Shown piece after piece: positions 1 to 10,730 of a stretch of 64,000 bases of DNA (positions are counted from its first letter, which is position 1; the number at the start of each line of letters is the position of its first letter). Below the pieces are notes generated by a model. It was given only the letters and a program-made list of their open reading frames with translations, was not told the DNA's origin and did not search any database. Made by a program: the position numbers and the translations under genes. Source of the stretch: an uncultured Bacteroidia bacterium (GTDB lineage Bacteria; Bacteroidota; Bacteroidia; NS11-12g; UBA955); NCBI GenBank assembly GCA_943789135.1, contig CALSSY010000004.1, positions 62,726 to 126,725 of the forward strand. The letters run 5' to 3'.

Positions 1-71
1 CCTTTCCTCCCAATACAATTCACATCTGTCATGTATCGATAAATTCAACCGAACCACCTCGATACGTAGTC

Positions 72-656
72 GTGAAATATGCGGATAGTTATTTTTTGGG
101 TCCGGCCAACGATTTCATGCAACTGGGTTTTGAATTGGATTCTTTGGAATATTTTATTATACCTAATGACGGAACCAATAAGTGGAATACCCTACGAGAA
201 ATTTATATAAAAGCAGCTTTAACCATTTTAAACAACCCCAATAAGAATCTGTCTGAGCTATTCAAGCCTAAACAACACATGAGAAAACCCATGTGGATTC
301 AACCTATTGTAAAAGCCAATAATATGAGATTGAGCTGCATGTATGTGGATTTACATGGGAATTGTTATTTCAATATTTCTAAAGACAAGTTCGAAGAATA
401 TCGAAAGAACAGAAAAGTTAGAGTACGAACGCAAATGGCAACGATTAATGGCATCATGAATGACTACAATGATATGCCAGAAGGTAGGCTGGTTGCCTTA
501 TTCGGTCATGGCGGCTTATTTCAATTGGCTCAAAACAGCGGAAATTGCAGCAAAAACATGGGTATTTATGAGGACCATACCATATTAATTGAATTTTATG
601 AAGAAGAAGAATATACACCGTTGGGTGAAAATGCACTTTCAAAAGAACAGAGTTGA
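72..656 (+). CDS. hypothetical protein (194 aa). No in-frame stop lies upstream, so the ORF may start before the window; I recognise no domain
   Basis: long ORF with a GTG start in the track; the 3' end overlaps the ABM-domain ORF in a different frame. Confidence 0.35.
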   Translation: MKYADSYFLGPANDFMQLGFELDSLEYFIIPNDGTNKWNTLREIYIKAALTILNNPNKNLSELFKPKQHMRKPMWIQPIVKANNMRLSCMYVDLHGNCYFNISKDKFEEYRKNRKVRVRTQMATINGIMNDYNDMPEGRLVALFGHGGLFQLAQNSGNCSKNMGIYEDHTILIEFYEEEEYTPLGENALSKEQS

Positions 657-906
657 TGAGTTTCTTCTAGTATTTGAATCATCTAAAGAAAAAATCAGGG
701 CAAGAAGTGGCTGCCTTTCCTTACAACTGATACAAGATCCTGATAGTCCTAATATTCTTTGTACAAGCAGCATTTGGGATTCAGAAGAGTCTTTAAATGA
801 CTATAGGAATAGTGCGCTATTTAAAGAAACTTGGTCGAAAACCAAACCTTTATTCCAAGAAAAGGCGAATGCCAAGACTTTTGTCCTTTTAGATTGGCAG
901 CCTTAG
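589..906 (+). CDS. antibiotic-biosynthesis-monooxygenase (ABM/Dabb) domain protein. The true start is probably the internal Met near 631, or the gene is fused by frameshift to the upstream ORF
   Basis: sequence 'DEFLLVFESSKEKIRARSGCLSLQLIQDPDSPNILCTSSIWDSEESLNDYRNSALFKE' matches the ABM ferredoxin-like fold pattern. Confidence 0.5.
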   Translation: MNFMKKKNIHRWVKMHFQKNRVDEFLLVFESSKEKIRARSGCLSLQLIQDPDSPNILCTSSIWDSEESLNDYRNSALFKETWSKTKPLFQEKANAKTFVLLDWQP

Positions 907-942
907 TCAATCCATTTACCAGGATTGAGAATTCCATTTGGA

Positions 943-2292
943 TCAAAAGCTATGTTTTATCCCTTTCAATAAATGAAAGTGAGTAGGTGTCATTACAACG
1001 TCTAAAAAATCTTTTTGCACAAAACCAACCCCGTGCTCACCACTTATGGTACCACCAACGGATTGACAATATTCAAATATCTTACGAATTCCTTTTGGAA
1101 CTTCATTTTTCCAATTTTCTTCTGACATATTGTCTTTTAAAATATTAATATGAAGATTTCCATCGCCTGCATGACCGTAACATACGGATCTAAATCCAAA
1201 GTAACATCCGTATCCTTTACTACACGAAGTAGTTCTGGCAACTTTGAACGAGGAACAACCGTGTCTTCTTCTTTATAAATAGATTGTTGCTTTACCAATT
1301 CTCCTATTGACCGTCTTGCCGACCACCAATCATTGGCCATATCTGCATTATTCGGAATATAAACGTTAAGAGCGCCTTGATTCTCAAAAAAGGGATATAT
1401 GGATTCTGCTTGATTCATCAAATCTTCTTGACTGTCACCTTCTAAAACGAGCAACATATAAAAAGGCATCTTCTGTGGTTTGAGGAAATTGTAAATTTTT
1501 ATGCTTTAAAACAATATCAATTCCATTTCTCTCCATAAGCTCTATTCCGGAAGGTTTAAAACCATTTTTCAAAATTTCACTTACCGTTTTTGCCGCAGTC
1601 TCAGCTTGATCAAAGCTAATAAGCATTAATAGTTCATGGTCTACCTTAGGTGTAATTTTCAAAACCGCTTTCGTGATAATACCCAACATCCCTTCACTAC
1701 CAACCATCAAATGAGTTAATGTGAATCCCGTTGAATTTTTCAACGTATTCGCGCCAGTCCAAATGATGTCTCCATTGGGAAGTACAATTTCTAAATTTAA
1801 AACGTAATCGCGAGTAGTACCGTATTTAACCGCTTTTGGACCTCCTGCACCATGTGCGATATTACCGCCAATGGTACTTGATCCCATACTTGCTGGGTCT
1901 GGCGGATAGGTAAATCCGTGTGGCTCTAAAGCTTGTTTTAAATGTTGATTAACCACACCGGGTTCAACAGTAACTTGAAAATTATCGGTATCGATATTCA
2001 AAATTTGATTGAGATTCTTTGTGGATAAAGCAATACCGCCATTTACTGGCAAACAAGCACCAGACAAACCAGTACCTGCTCCTCGTGTATAAACGGGTAT
2101 TCTATTGACATTACACAACTTTAAAATTTCTGAAATCTGTGCAGCATCTGAGGGAAAAAGAACCAATTCTGGGGGAAAACTCAAATCTTCGGTATAATCG
2201 CTTGAAGCGTTTTTTAATGATTCAAAATCATCGGCATAATTATTAGGCCCTACGATACTTTTCAATTGTTCTATCGATTCTTGTGCGATCAT
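943..2292 (-). pseudogene. FAD-linked oxidase (GlcD / D-lactate dehydrogenase-like) split into three frames: 1435..2292, 1137..1469 and 943..1128
   Basis: the N-terminal FAD-binding domain is in the first ORF, the C-terminal oxidase domain is in the next two ORFs, and a 'GEHGVG' motif is present; the three contiguous segments sit in different frames. Confidence 0.7.
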
Positions 2293-2353
2293 TTAAACAA
2301 ATATATCGAATATTGTAAGTAATACGCACGTTTGCATTTGTCATTCATCTTAA

Positions 2354-3562
2354 GTGATCAAAAGAAATACGGTTATATTAACCATGCGAAGCAATCGAGT
2401 TCGACTGATTACGGCAATTCTCTTTATATCTGTTTACATGTTAAGCGCATTAGCTTGGTGGGCTTTCGCACTAACGCGTAATCAGGAAATCATCTACCAA
2501 AAAGAAATCAAATTACTGGAAATGAAAAAGGAATGGGCTTATGACTACACCTTCCACTTCAGTAAAACGCTCAACCAAAACGTCAATACAAAAAGAAACA
2601 TGGGTTAAATTTAAAGATGAACGAATTCTAACGGATACATCAGCACTAAAATTAGCTGTAAATCAGTTGTTTCCAGAAATTCATGTTTTTTTTATGACAA
2701 TTGGGCAACAAAATGATACAGAATTACGTCTTACATAGACAAGCAACTTCAGGAAGATCTTCACCATACACTTTTGTCTAAAAAACGGGCTTGGATTTGG
2801 GAAGGATTAACCTTGGGATTGATTACTTTAATGATAGCGGCAGCGATGTTTTTTTACGTAGATAAAATCATTCGATTGAATTCTCAGCAAAACAACTTTT
2901 TTGTTAGCCGTTACTCATGAACTAAAAACACCTATTTCAGCTGCAAAATTGGCGCTACAAACCATTATCAGGAACGATAAACCTCAATTAATCCCAAAAT
3001 TAATTGACATGGCCAATGCCAATATTTTGCGTCTTTCTCGAATGGTTGACCAAATCTTATTGGCGACTAAATTTGAAAGCAAATTTACAGACCCAGTATT
3101 CAGTTCATTACAAGTTAGCGAATTGATTCAAAACTCTATAACAGGATTGGAACTACCCGCATCCAAAAGAGATCTAATTACCATCGTTCAAAATGAGGAA
3201 ATAGAATTTGAAGCGGATGAATACTATGATGGCCATCGTGATTCGAAACTTAGTTACGAATGCCTTCAAATACGGCACGGACAATATGCCTGTGGAGTTA
3301 CGCGTGGAAAAATCTAAGTCGGGATTCAAGATTTGCGTGAGCGACCAAGGTATGGGGATCAGCGATGCCGACAAGAAACGCATTTTTGAAAAGTTCTATC
3401 GAGTAGGTGAAGAAAAAACACGCATCTCAGCCTGGTAGTGGTCTGGGATTGTATCTTGTGAAAAAAATCACCGAAATCCATTCTGGCAAAGTGAGTGTGA
3501 CTGATAACTCACCCCAAGGAACCAAGTTCATTCTAACATTCAACCAAAGCAACCAATCTAGC
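2354..3562 (+). pseudogene. two-component sensor histidine kinase broken by at least three frameshifts; it has a TM N-terminus, a HisKA domain with the H-box 'THELKTP', and a HATPase_c domain
   Basis: ORFs 2354-2608, 2541-2738, 2901-3317, 3208-3438 and 3407-3560 carry consecutive parts of one HK in different frames; a TGA/ATG overlap ('gcATGAca') at the junction with the response regulator indicates translational coupling. Confidence 0.7.
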
Positions 3563-4290
3563 ATGACAAAAGTACTCAGAATTTTACTGGTAGAAGACGA
3601 AGCCGATTTAGCTGAATTGATCAAAATCAACCTTGAATTAGACGGCTACAAAGTCTCCGTCGCCGTAATCACGGGGCTATCGCTATTCAGCGACTTAAAG
3701 TCGGAGAGCTTTGATCTCGATTATTATGGATATCATGATGCCTAGTATGGATGGCATCACCGCAACACAACAGCATATTCGCCTGACCAACAACGATATT
3801 CCCATCATGATTTTGTCGGCGAGCAACAGCTCAAAAGACCGCATTGCGGGACTTAAAGGCAGGCGCCGATGATTATATGAGTAAACCGTTTCGAGCTTGG
3901 AGGAAATGATGTTGCGCGTTCAGAAGCTAATCCGCACGCACGCAACAACATTTACCCAGATTGACCCTTCAAGAATATTCGTTTTGGACGGTAATTTCAT
4001 AGACTTTCAATTCTTACAAGGCGTCCAGTAAAAATGGCGAGTTCAAACTCACTAAAAAAGGAAGCTCAGCTTGCTTGAAGTTGCTTGATTGAAAAGAAGA
4101 ATCAGGTTGTTACTCGTGAAGAAATCCTGAAAGACCGTTTGGGGTTATACCGTATTTCCCTAGTACCCGCACGATTGATAACTTCATTCTCGCCTTCCGA
4201 AAGTACTTCGAAGACGATGCCAAGAACCCGAAATACTTTCTTAAGCATGCGCGGTGTGGGTTACAAATACTCGGAAAACGGCGACTAGTC
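3563..4290 (+). pseudogene. OmpR-family response regulator broken by multiple frameshifts; the receiver begins 'MTKVLRILLVEDE' and the winged-helix ends 'RGVGYKY'
   Basis: the receiver N-terminus is at 3563, a DIMMP-like segment and an 'AGADDYMSKPF' segment appear in shifted frames at 3720-3900, and the trans_reg_C end is in ORF 4085-4288. Confidence 0.65.
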
Positions 4291-4296
4291 AGCCAA

Positions 4297-5566
4297 TTAA
4301 TGCGATTTGCAATATCGCATGAGCCGCACGAACATGTGCGGTGCTCCATGCGGCTTGGAAATTAAACCCTCCGGTAATACCCCATCAATATCCAGCATCT
4401 CCCCTATGGCATACATAATGTGCAGGTTGTTGCTTAAATGAACCGTTTCCGGATTTAATTCGGATCCAAATCTGAATTCCACCCGCAGTCACAAACTCTT
4501 CTTTGTAGGTGGTTCTGCCTGTCTACAGTGAAATTTCGTGCGTATCATATTCTCAATCAAGGCGATTTCGTTCGTCTTTCTTTAATATCTCGTACACGTT
4601 CTTATCTAAATCGGAATCCCTGCCTTTTGCAATGAATCCAATTCCCACAATCTTGTCGAGCAAGTCCAAAAGCCGACTGCATTTCGTGCTGTTTTGGAGT
4701 TTGTTTAACTCTAGCCATGAGAATTCAGTAACCGTTCCCGTACTTGATCCTCATTCTTTTCGCCAATCCACCCTACTTGCACTGTTGCTATTATAATTTA
4801 AATTGCTCAAACAGATCTACGCGCATGCCAAGCACTGAAGAGGCTAAAACCGCTGGTCCACTCAATCCCCAATGGGTTATTAGAACCGGTCCCTCATAGT
4901 CTGGCTTTAAAACCTTCGTATTTATACGACCCTTATTGACCGAAAGTCCGGTTAATTGATGCAAATCCCTATCTGCAATATTTAATGTAAAAATTGAAGG
5001 AACGAAGTAGTGGTTTCTACTGCAAAATTATCTTTTAACCATTTAGTTTTAGCCAACGTTAACCCCCCAATGGCCAATACTAAATATTGGGTTTGTACCA
5101 CATCTCCATTAGAAGTTTCTAATTGCCACTCTAGATTCTCAAATTTGGCTAGTTCCAAACTACAATTAGATCTTAGTTTTCCACCAAGATTAATAAATGT
5201 TTCTTCTAGGCATTTGGCTATTGTTTCTGAACTATTTGAAATGGGAAACATGCGTTGATCCGACTCAGTCTTAAGAATAACTCCCTTAGATTCGAACCAA
5301 TCTATTGTATTTTGAACACCAAATGCGTTTAATTTATGTCGTAAATATTTTCCTCCTCTGGGATATTTTTTTATCAAATTACGATTTTCCCTTAAGTCAT
5401 GGGTCACATTACACCTACCTCCTCCACTTATTCTTACTTTGGAGAGAATCTTTGATGATTTCTCCCATATTTCAACGTTTAACTTAGGGTTATTAATCAA
5501 CAATTCACAAGCACAAAAAAATCCCGAAGCACCTCCACCTATAATTACAACGTCTAAATTTTGCAT
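4297..5566 (-). pseudogene. HI0933-family FAD-dependent flavoprotein (aminoacetone-oxidase-like); the N-terminal 194 aa are intact and the C-terminal half is frameshifted
   Basis: 'VVIIGGGASGFFCA' dinucleotide-binding motif and 'GGGRCNVTH' are present; the C-terminal fragment 'IGEMLDIDGV' lies in ORF 4297-4482 in another frame. Confidence 0.65.
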
Positions 5567-6437
5567 TAGATTAGTTTATAGTTTTTATAGGCACCAATTC
5601 GTATTCCAAATAATTTTTCAAACCAATAAAGAAACCATGTTTTGGGCGTAAACTTTTTACGATGAGGATCTATCGCAATATCCCAATTAATTGATTCTAT
5701 TCTTTTTTTCATTAATAATGGATGTGTACCTGTGAAATTTACTAAACTATCAATTTCCGAATAATCGAACTCGTTGGTATCCTGCACCATCTTTTTGATT
5801 TGATTATCATCGTGCCACAGTCTATGAAATTGCTGTTGCTTTATTTGCTGTTTTTCAGGATGTTTCACCCAACCATAATGATAAACCGTTGCTCCGGTTA
5901 TTTTACCCGAAGTTTTTTGTCGTCATTGGTGCGAAAACCTTGGGCATCTTTCCATGATTTAATTTGGAGCCCTTGTCTAATTATTCTTATTTCATTTTGA
6001 TACCACCTGCGTGAATCACCTACATAATCGTAGGTCCCATAAAAATGCGTATAATCAAACAACAAGGCTTCTACCCTCTTGTCAGTTCGATATTTCTCCA
6101 TGGTTTCTTTGATTTTCTCTAAATCCTTTTCATGAATACACTCATCTGCTTGAATATAAAAACACCAATCTGAATTTGGATCAGTGGCAGCTAAAGCCTT
6201 ATTCGTTTCATCAGCCAGTACCCTTCCCCCTTCTCTTAAGTTATCATCCCAAACTGTATCGATAATTTTTAATTGGGGAATTTCCAATCCAGCGATATAC
6301 TCACGAGTTCCATCATCGCTATTACCAACGGCAACGACAATTTCATCGCATAATGGCGCAATTGATTTCAAGCTTTCACCTATAGGATAGTCAGCTTTAA
6401 TTACATTTCTTGCAATGGCAAATCCAGATACTTTCAT
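5566..6437 (-). CDS. family-2 glycosyltransferase split by one frameshift near 5868-5898 (N-terminal part 5898-6437, C-terminal part 5566-5868)
   Basis: the conserved Bacteroidota GT2 N-terminus is 'MKVSGFAIARN..DYPI'; the two abutting ORFs cover what would be one protein of about 290 aa. Confidence 0.6.
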
Positions 6438-6479
6438 TATCGAATGGTTATTTCGGCATCGTGTTTTACGCTCATCTCA

Positions 6480-9400
6480 TCAAACATTTCCGAACTTCGG
6501 GTGTATAAGCAATTTTATTGACGACACCAAGGTGATACCCATTTCTTCATCTGGATCTGAAAAGCTGAACCAAACCGAAGTATTTCCAGGAAATTGATGC
6601 ATAACATCTTCAACAGTTTGATGCCTGCCATCAAAAAGATCTGAAGGTCTCATGTATACTTTTACATTTCTAACTAGATTATTTGGATTTATTTCAGAGG
6701 CTAATTTTACGGATTTATATGAAACAAGAGAACGTGTTCCGTCTCGAGTTGGCTCTACCGTACCTGAGATCAATAAAACATAATCGCGCGTCAAGTAAGA
6801 CTTATACTGCATGAACGTATCTCGGTAAAACGAAATCTCTGTGGATCCGGAATAATCCATCAAGGTCATTCTACCGTATGGAACACCAGATTGCCCCATT
6901 ATTTCTCTCGCAGCAGTTACAATACCCATCATACGAAACTCAAGTCTATCCTTATCATCAAATGCCCGAACAAATTCTTGAATGGGCGTTGGATTAATAA
7001 GTTCATGGAGGAATTTATGACCATCCAGTGGATGCCGACTCAAGAATACTCCTACTAGCTCTTCTTCAATTTTTAATTCTTCTAGGAGAGTCATGCGCTC
7101 AACAGGTGGTAATTTGGGTTCTTGTTCTACACTGTTGGATTCACCTCCTCCAAAAAGCCCCATCTGTCCACTCAATTTGTCTGCCTGTACTTTCTGTCCA
7201 TATCGCACTGCGAGTTCAATTCCATTTTTACCTTGCTGATCATTAGCAATATATTGAGCTCGATGATACCTATCGTCAAAATCAAATACCCCAGCCTTCG
7301 CCATGTTTTCGAGATTTCTTTTATTTACAGCTCTTAAATTGACACGGGAAGTCAACTCAAATATGCTAGAATAAGGTCCATTTTTATCTCTATCCGCTAA
7401 AATTTCATCAACCGCGTTTTCACCTACTCCTTTTACGGCGTTCATTCCAAAACGGATTTCTCCTGTTTTGGTGACCGTAAATGCCGATCGACTCTCATTG
7501 ATATCTGGCCCCAGCACCTTCATGCCCATTCTGTGGCATTCTTCCATGTAAAACGTGATTTTTTTAATATCACCCATATTGCTTTTAAGCACAGCTGCCA
7601 TAAATTGAGCCGGATAATGTGCCTTTAAATAGGCCGTTTGAAACGCTATAACCGCGTAACACGTAGAATGGGATTTGTTAAACGCATATTGGGCAAACTC
7701 CTCCCAGTCGCTGTAAATCTTATGTAGAACTTTTTCTGGATAACCCTTTGCAAGAGCACCCTCCATGAATTCAGATTTAAGCTTGTCAATAATGTCTTTT
7801 TTCTTTTTACCCATTGCTTTTCTCAAGACATCGGCCTTGCCTTTTGAAAAACCGGCAATTTTCTGACTCAGCAACATTACCTGCTCCTGATAAACCGTTA
7901 TACCATAGGTTTCTTTGAGATATTCTTCCATTTCGGGCAAATCGTAAACAACAGGTTTCCGTCCGTGTTTACGGTCTACAAATTCAGGAATATACTTCAT
8001 TGGACCTGGACGATAAAGAGCATTCATAGCAATCAAGTCACCAAATTGAGTTGGCTTTAAATCGCGCATGTATTTTTGCATGCCGGCACTTTCAAACTGA
8101 AAAATACCGTTTGTTTCTCCACGTTGAAATAACTCATAGGTTATTTCATCATCCAGCGGAATTTGCTCAATATCGATTATGGTACCTGTTGTTTCTTTAA
8201 CAAGTTTAATGGCATCCTTCAATATACTCAGAGTACTTAATCCCAAGAAATCCATTTTGAGCAATCCGGCTTCTTCAATCTGAGTTACATCATATTGAAC
8301 CTGCATCCAAGGCGAGTCCTTACTTCTCGCTACGGGAACCAATTCATCAATATCTTGGGGTGCAATTATGATTCCACATGCGTGTACGCCAGTATTTCTG
8401 ACACTTCCTTCTAATTTCTCAGCATCGTGAAGTACTTTCGTCGCCGGCTCTTTACCTTGATATATTCGTTGCAATTCACGAACGTTATCAATTTCCTCAG
8501 GTTTTAAATTTACGCTATCATCTTTTGCTAGGGAATCAGGATTTACATGAAACAGCTTCTTTAATTTCATGTTATTGGGAATCAATTTCGCCAACTTGTC
8601 GGTTTCCGACAATGGATATTGCAAAACCCTACCTACGTCTCGAATGGCACTTTTAGCTGCCATTGTTCCATAAGTGATAATTTGAGCGATTCTTCTTTCT
8701 CCGTATTTTTTGGCAACATACTCGATTACTCGGTCCCTACCTTGATCGTCAAAGTCAATATCGACGTCGGGCATGCTTACCCTTTCTGGATTTAAAAAAC
8801 GCTCAAAAAGCAAATCGTACTTAACCGGATCAACATTCGTAATCCCCAAAACGTAAGCGACCAAACTTCCTGCTGCAGAACCCCTTCCTGGACCAACCCA
8901 AACACCCATTTCTCTTGCCGCAGTAGTAAAATCTTGCACAATCAAGAAATAGCCTTCGTAACCCGACTCACAAATGGTATTAAGTTCAAATTCCAAACGC
9001 TCTTCTACGGGCTGAGGAATCACACCCCCATATCTTTTACGCGTGCCTTCATAGGCCAAATGGCGCAGATATGCTTTCATATCCATAAAACCTTCAGGAA
9101 TGGTATAATTGGGCAATACGATATCCCTATTTAAATCAGGGGTATTGATAGTATCAATGAGTTTATTGGTATTTTCAATGGCTTCAGGAATGTCCTTAAA
9201 AAGTTCGGCCATTTCTTCCTGAGTTTTAAAGAAGAATTCCTCATTGGGAAAGCCAAAACGATATCCTTTTCCGCTTTCCTCGTTTGTTGCTTTTGGCGTG
9301 GCTTGAAATTCTGAAGTATTGATGCAAAGCAATATATCATGGGCATTTGCATCTTGTTGATCTATATAATGCGAATCGTTCGTTGCAATTATCGAGACGT

Positions 9401-10016
9401 CGTACTTTTTAGCAAACTTTATGAGCACTTGATTTACGTCTTCCTGACTTAAACCCGTGTTGTCAATATTTTCCAATCCATGTCGCTGAAGTTCAACATA
9501 GAAATCATCACCGAACAATTCATGCCACTCCACAAATAACTTTTCAGCTTCTTCTTCACCCTTGAATAATATGGCTTGAGGTATTTCTGCACCGATACAA
9601 CAAGAGGTTGCAATTAATCCCTCAGAATATTGTTTTAAAAGTTCTTTATCAATTCTTGGATATTTACTGTAAAGGCCTTCTAAATAACCCAATGAGCAAA
9701 GCTTACTCAGATTTTTATAGCCGGTTTCGTTTTTAGCTAACAGTAATTGATGGTAACGTTTGTCTTTTTTTCCTTGAGAAAAGGATTTCTCAAATCGATC
9801 GTGTACCATGTAAAACTCACAACCGATAATCGGTTTAATTCCTTGCTTCGTGCTTTCTACGTAAAAATCAAAGGCACCAAACATATTCCCATGATCCGTA
9901 ATCGCAACGGCGGGCATGTTATCTGCTTTAGCTTTGGAGATGAGTTTCTTTACCTCAGCAGCTCCATCGAGCAATGAATATTGGGTATGAACGTGTAAGT
10001 GTGAAAACGAAGGCAT
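6480..10016 (-). CDS. dnaE: DNA polymerase III alpha subunit
   Basis: 1178-aa ORF with a PHP-domain N-terminus 'HLHVHTQYSLLDGA', a polymerase core and an OB fold; intact. Confidence 0.95.
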   Translation of the reverse strand: MPSFSHLHVHTQYSLLDGAAEVKKLISKAKADNMPAVAITDHGNMFGAFDFYVESTKQGIKPIIGCEFYMVHDRFEKSFSQGKKDKRYHQLLLAKNETGYKNLSKLCSLGYLEGLYSKYPRIDKELLKQYSEGLIATSCCIGAEIPQAILFKGEEEAEKLFVEWHELFGDDFYVELQRHGLENIDNTGLSQEDVNQVLIKFAKKYDVSIIATNDSHYIDQQDANAHDILLCINTSEFQATPKATNEESGKGYRFGFPNEEFFFKTQEEMAELFKDIPEAIENTNKLIDTINTPDLNRDIVLPNYTIPEGFMDMKAYLRHLAYEGTRKRYGGVIPQPVEERLEFELNTICESGYEGYFLIVQDFTTAAREMGVWVGPGRGSAAGSLVAYVLGITNVDPVKYDLLFERFLNPERVSMPDVDIDFDDQGRDRVIEYVAKKYGERRIAQIITYGTMAAKSAIRDVGRVLQYPLSETDKLAKLIPNNMKLKKLFHVNPDSLAKDDSVNLKPEEIDNVRELQRIYQGKEPATKVLHDAEKLEGSVRNTGVHACGIIIAPQDIDELVPVARSKDSPWMQVQYDVTQIEEAGLLKMDFLGLSTLSILKDAIKLVKETTGTIIDIEQIPLDDEITYELFQRGETNGIFQFESAGMQKYMRDLKPTQFGDLIAMNALYRPGPMKYIPEFVDRKHGRKPVVYDLPEMEEYLKETYGITVYQEQVMLLSQKIAGFSKGKADVLRKAMGKKKKDIIDKLKSEFMEGALAKGYPEKVLHKIYSDWEEFAQYAFNKSHSTCYAVIAFQTAYLKAHYPAQFMAAVLKSNMGDIKKITFYMEECHRMGMKVLGPDINESRSAFTVTKTGEIRFGMNAVKGVGENAVDEILADRDKNGPYSSIFELTSRVNLRAVNKRNLENMAKAGVFDFDDRYHRAQYIANDQQGKNGIELAVRYGQKVQADKLSGQMGLFGGGESNSVEQEPKLPPVERMTLLEELKIEEELVGVFLSRHPLDGHKFLHELINPTPIQEFVRAFDDKDRLEFRMMGIVTAAREIMGQSGVPYGRMTLMDYSGSTEISFYRDTFMQYKSYLTRDYVLLISGTVEPTRDGTRSLVSYKSVKLASEINPNNLVRNVKVYMRPSDLFDGRHQTVEDVMHQFPGNTSVWFSFSDPDEEMGITLVSSIKLLIHPKFGNV

Positions 10017-10087
10017 AGGAATAAACCCAAAATTAAGTCATTCCCGTTTAGCATTGAAGCGTGTGAAGAAGTTTTGAAAAAGTTCTT

Positions 10088-10648
10088 TTATGGAATTTCA
10101 ATTGGTTCCGAAGAATTCTCTGGAGCCTCTTGATATTCATAAAATATAGTATCTCCAGACAACCCATTTTCTGTGTAAGGAAGCATCCAAAATGGTTTAT
10201 CCTTTTTGTAAAACCCTTCTTCCTTCAACCAACCTGTTTGATAATAAGATTGATATGGCCCCTGATAATAGGATTCACCCGTTCTTGGGTCGGTAAACAT
10301 GGTAAATCGAGACATGCGTTGTCCATTTGGATAAAAATTCTCTGTCCAAACTTCATGAGCACCTTCATATTTTGAAGCGTTCAATAAACTTCCACTCTTG
10401 TTGTAGGTAAGGATATATTTCACCGAATCTCCTAGGTAAAAACGCTTTTCCTGCAATGTACCGTCCTCTCTTTTTGCTTCATCTAAAATGGCCACTTTGA
10501 TTTTCACCAAACTATCTAATTCTGTTTGATTAAAAATATAAGGCACATATCGTTTATCGCTTTCCTCTCCTGAACAGGAGCTCAATAAACATAGAGAAAC
10601 CAATAAACCCGAGAAAAATACATTCAACCCTTTTTTCATATGACACAA
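10088..10648 (-). CDS. lipoprotein with MORN/YwqK-like repeats
   Basis: signal peptide with lipobox 'LSSCSG'; repeated aromatic/Gly motifs. Confidence 0.5.
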   Translation of the reverse strand: MCHMKKGLNVFFSGLLVSLCLLSSCSGEESDKRYVPYIFNQTELDSLVKIKVAILDEAKREDGTLQEKRFYLGDSVKYILTYNKSGSLLNASKYEGAHEVWTENFYPNGQRMSRFTMFTDPRTGESYYQGPYQSYYQTGWLKEEGFYKKDKPFWMLPYTENGLSGDTIFYEYQEAPENSSEPIEIP

Positions 10649-10730
10649 AATTAGCCTTGAAAGTTGAAAGTTTTCACTTTATCCTCAAAAAGGCACTATT
10701 TACACACAGACAGGCCTCATTGTTTTCGGT

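Noticed and set aside
4110-4349. 79-aa minus-strand ORF overlapping the 3' end of the response-regulator pseudogene
   Set aside because: It overlaps a recognisable winged-helix coding segment on the other strand and has no domain, so it is likely spurious.
7028-9977. Multiple 60-76-aa ORFs on the plus strand inside dnaE (7028-7246, 7122-7337, 8934-9134, 9747-9977) and one on the minus strand (9131-9352)
   Set aside because: They are antisense or alternate-frame to a perfectly conserved 1178-aa dnaE, have low-complexity composition and contain no recognisable domain, so they are spurious.
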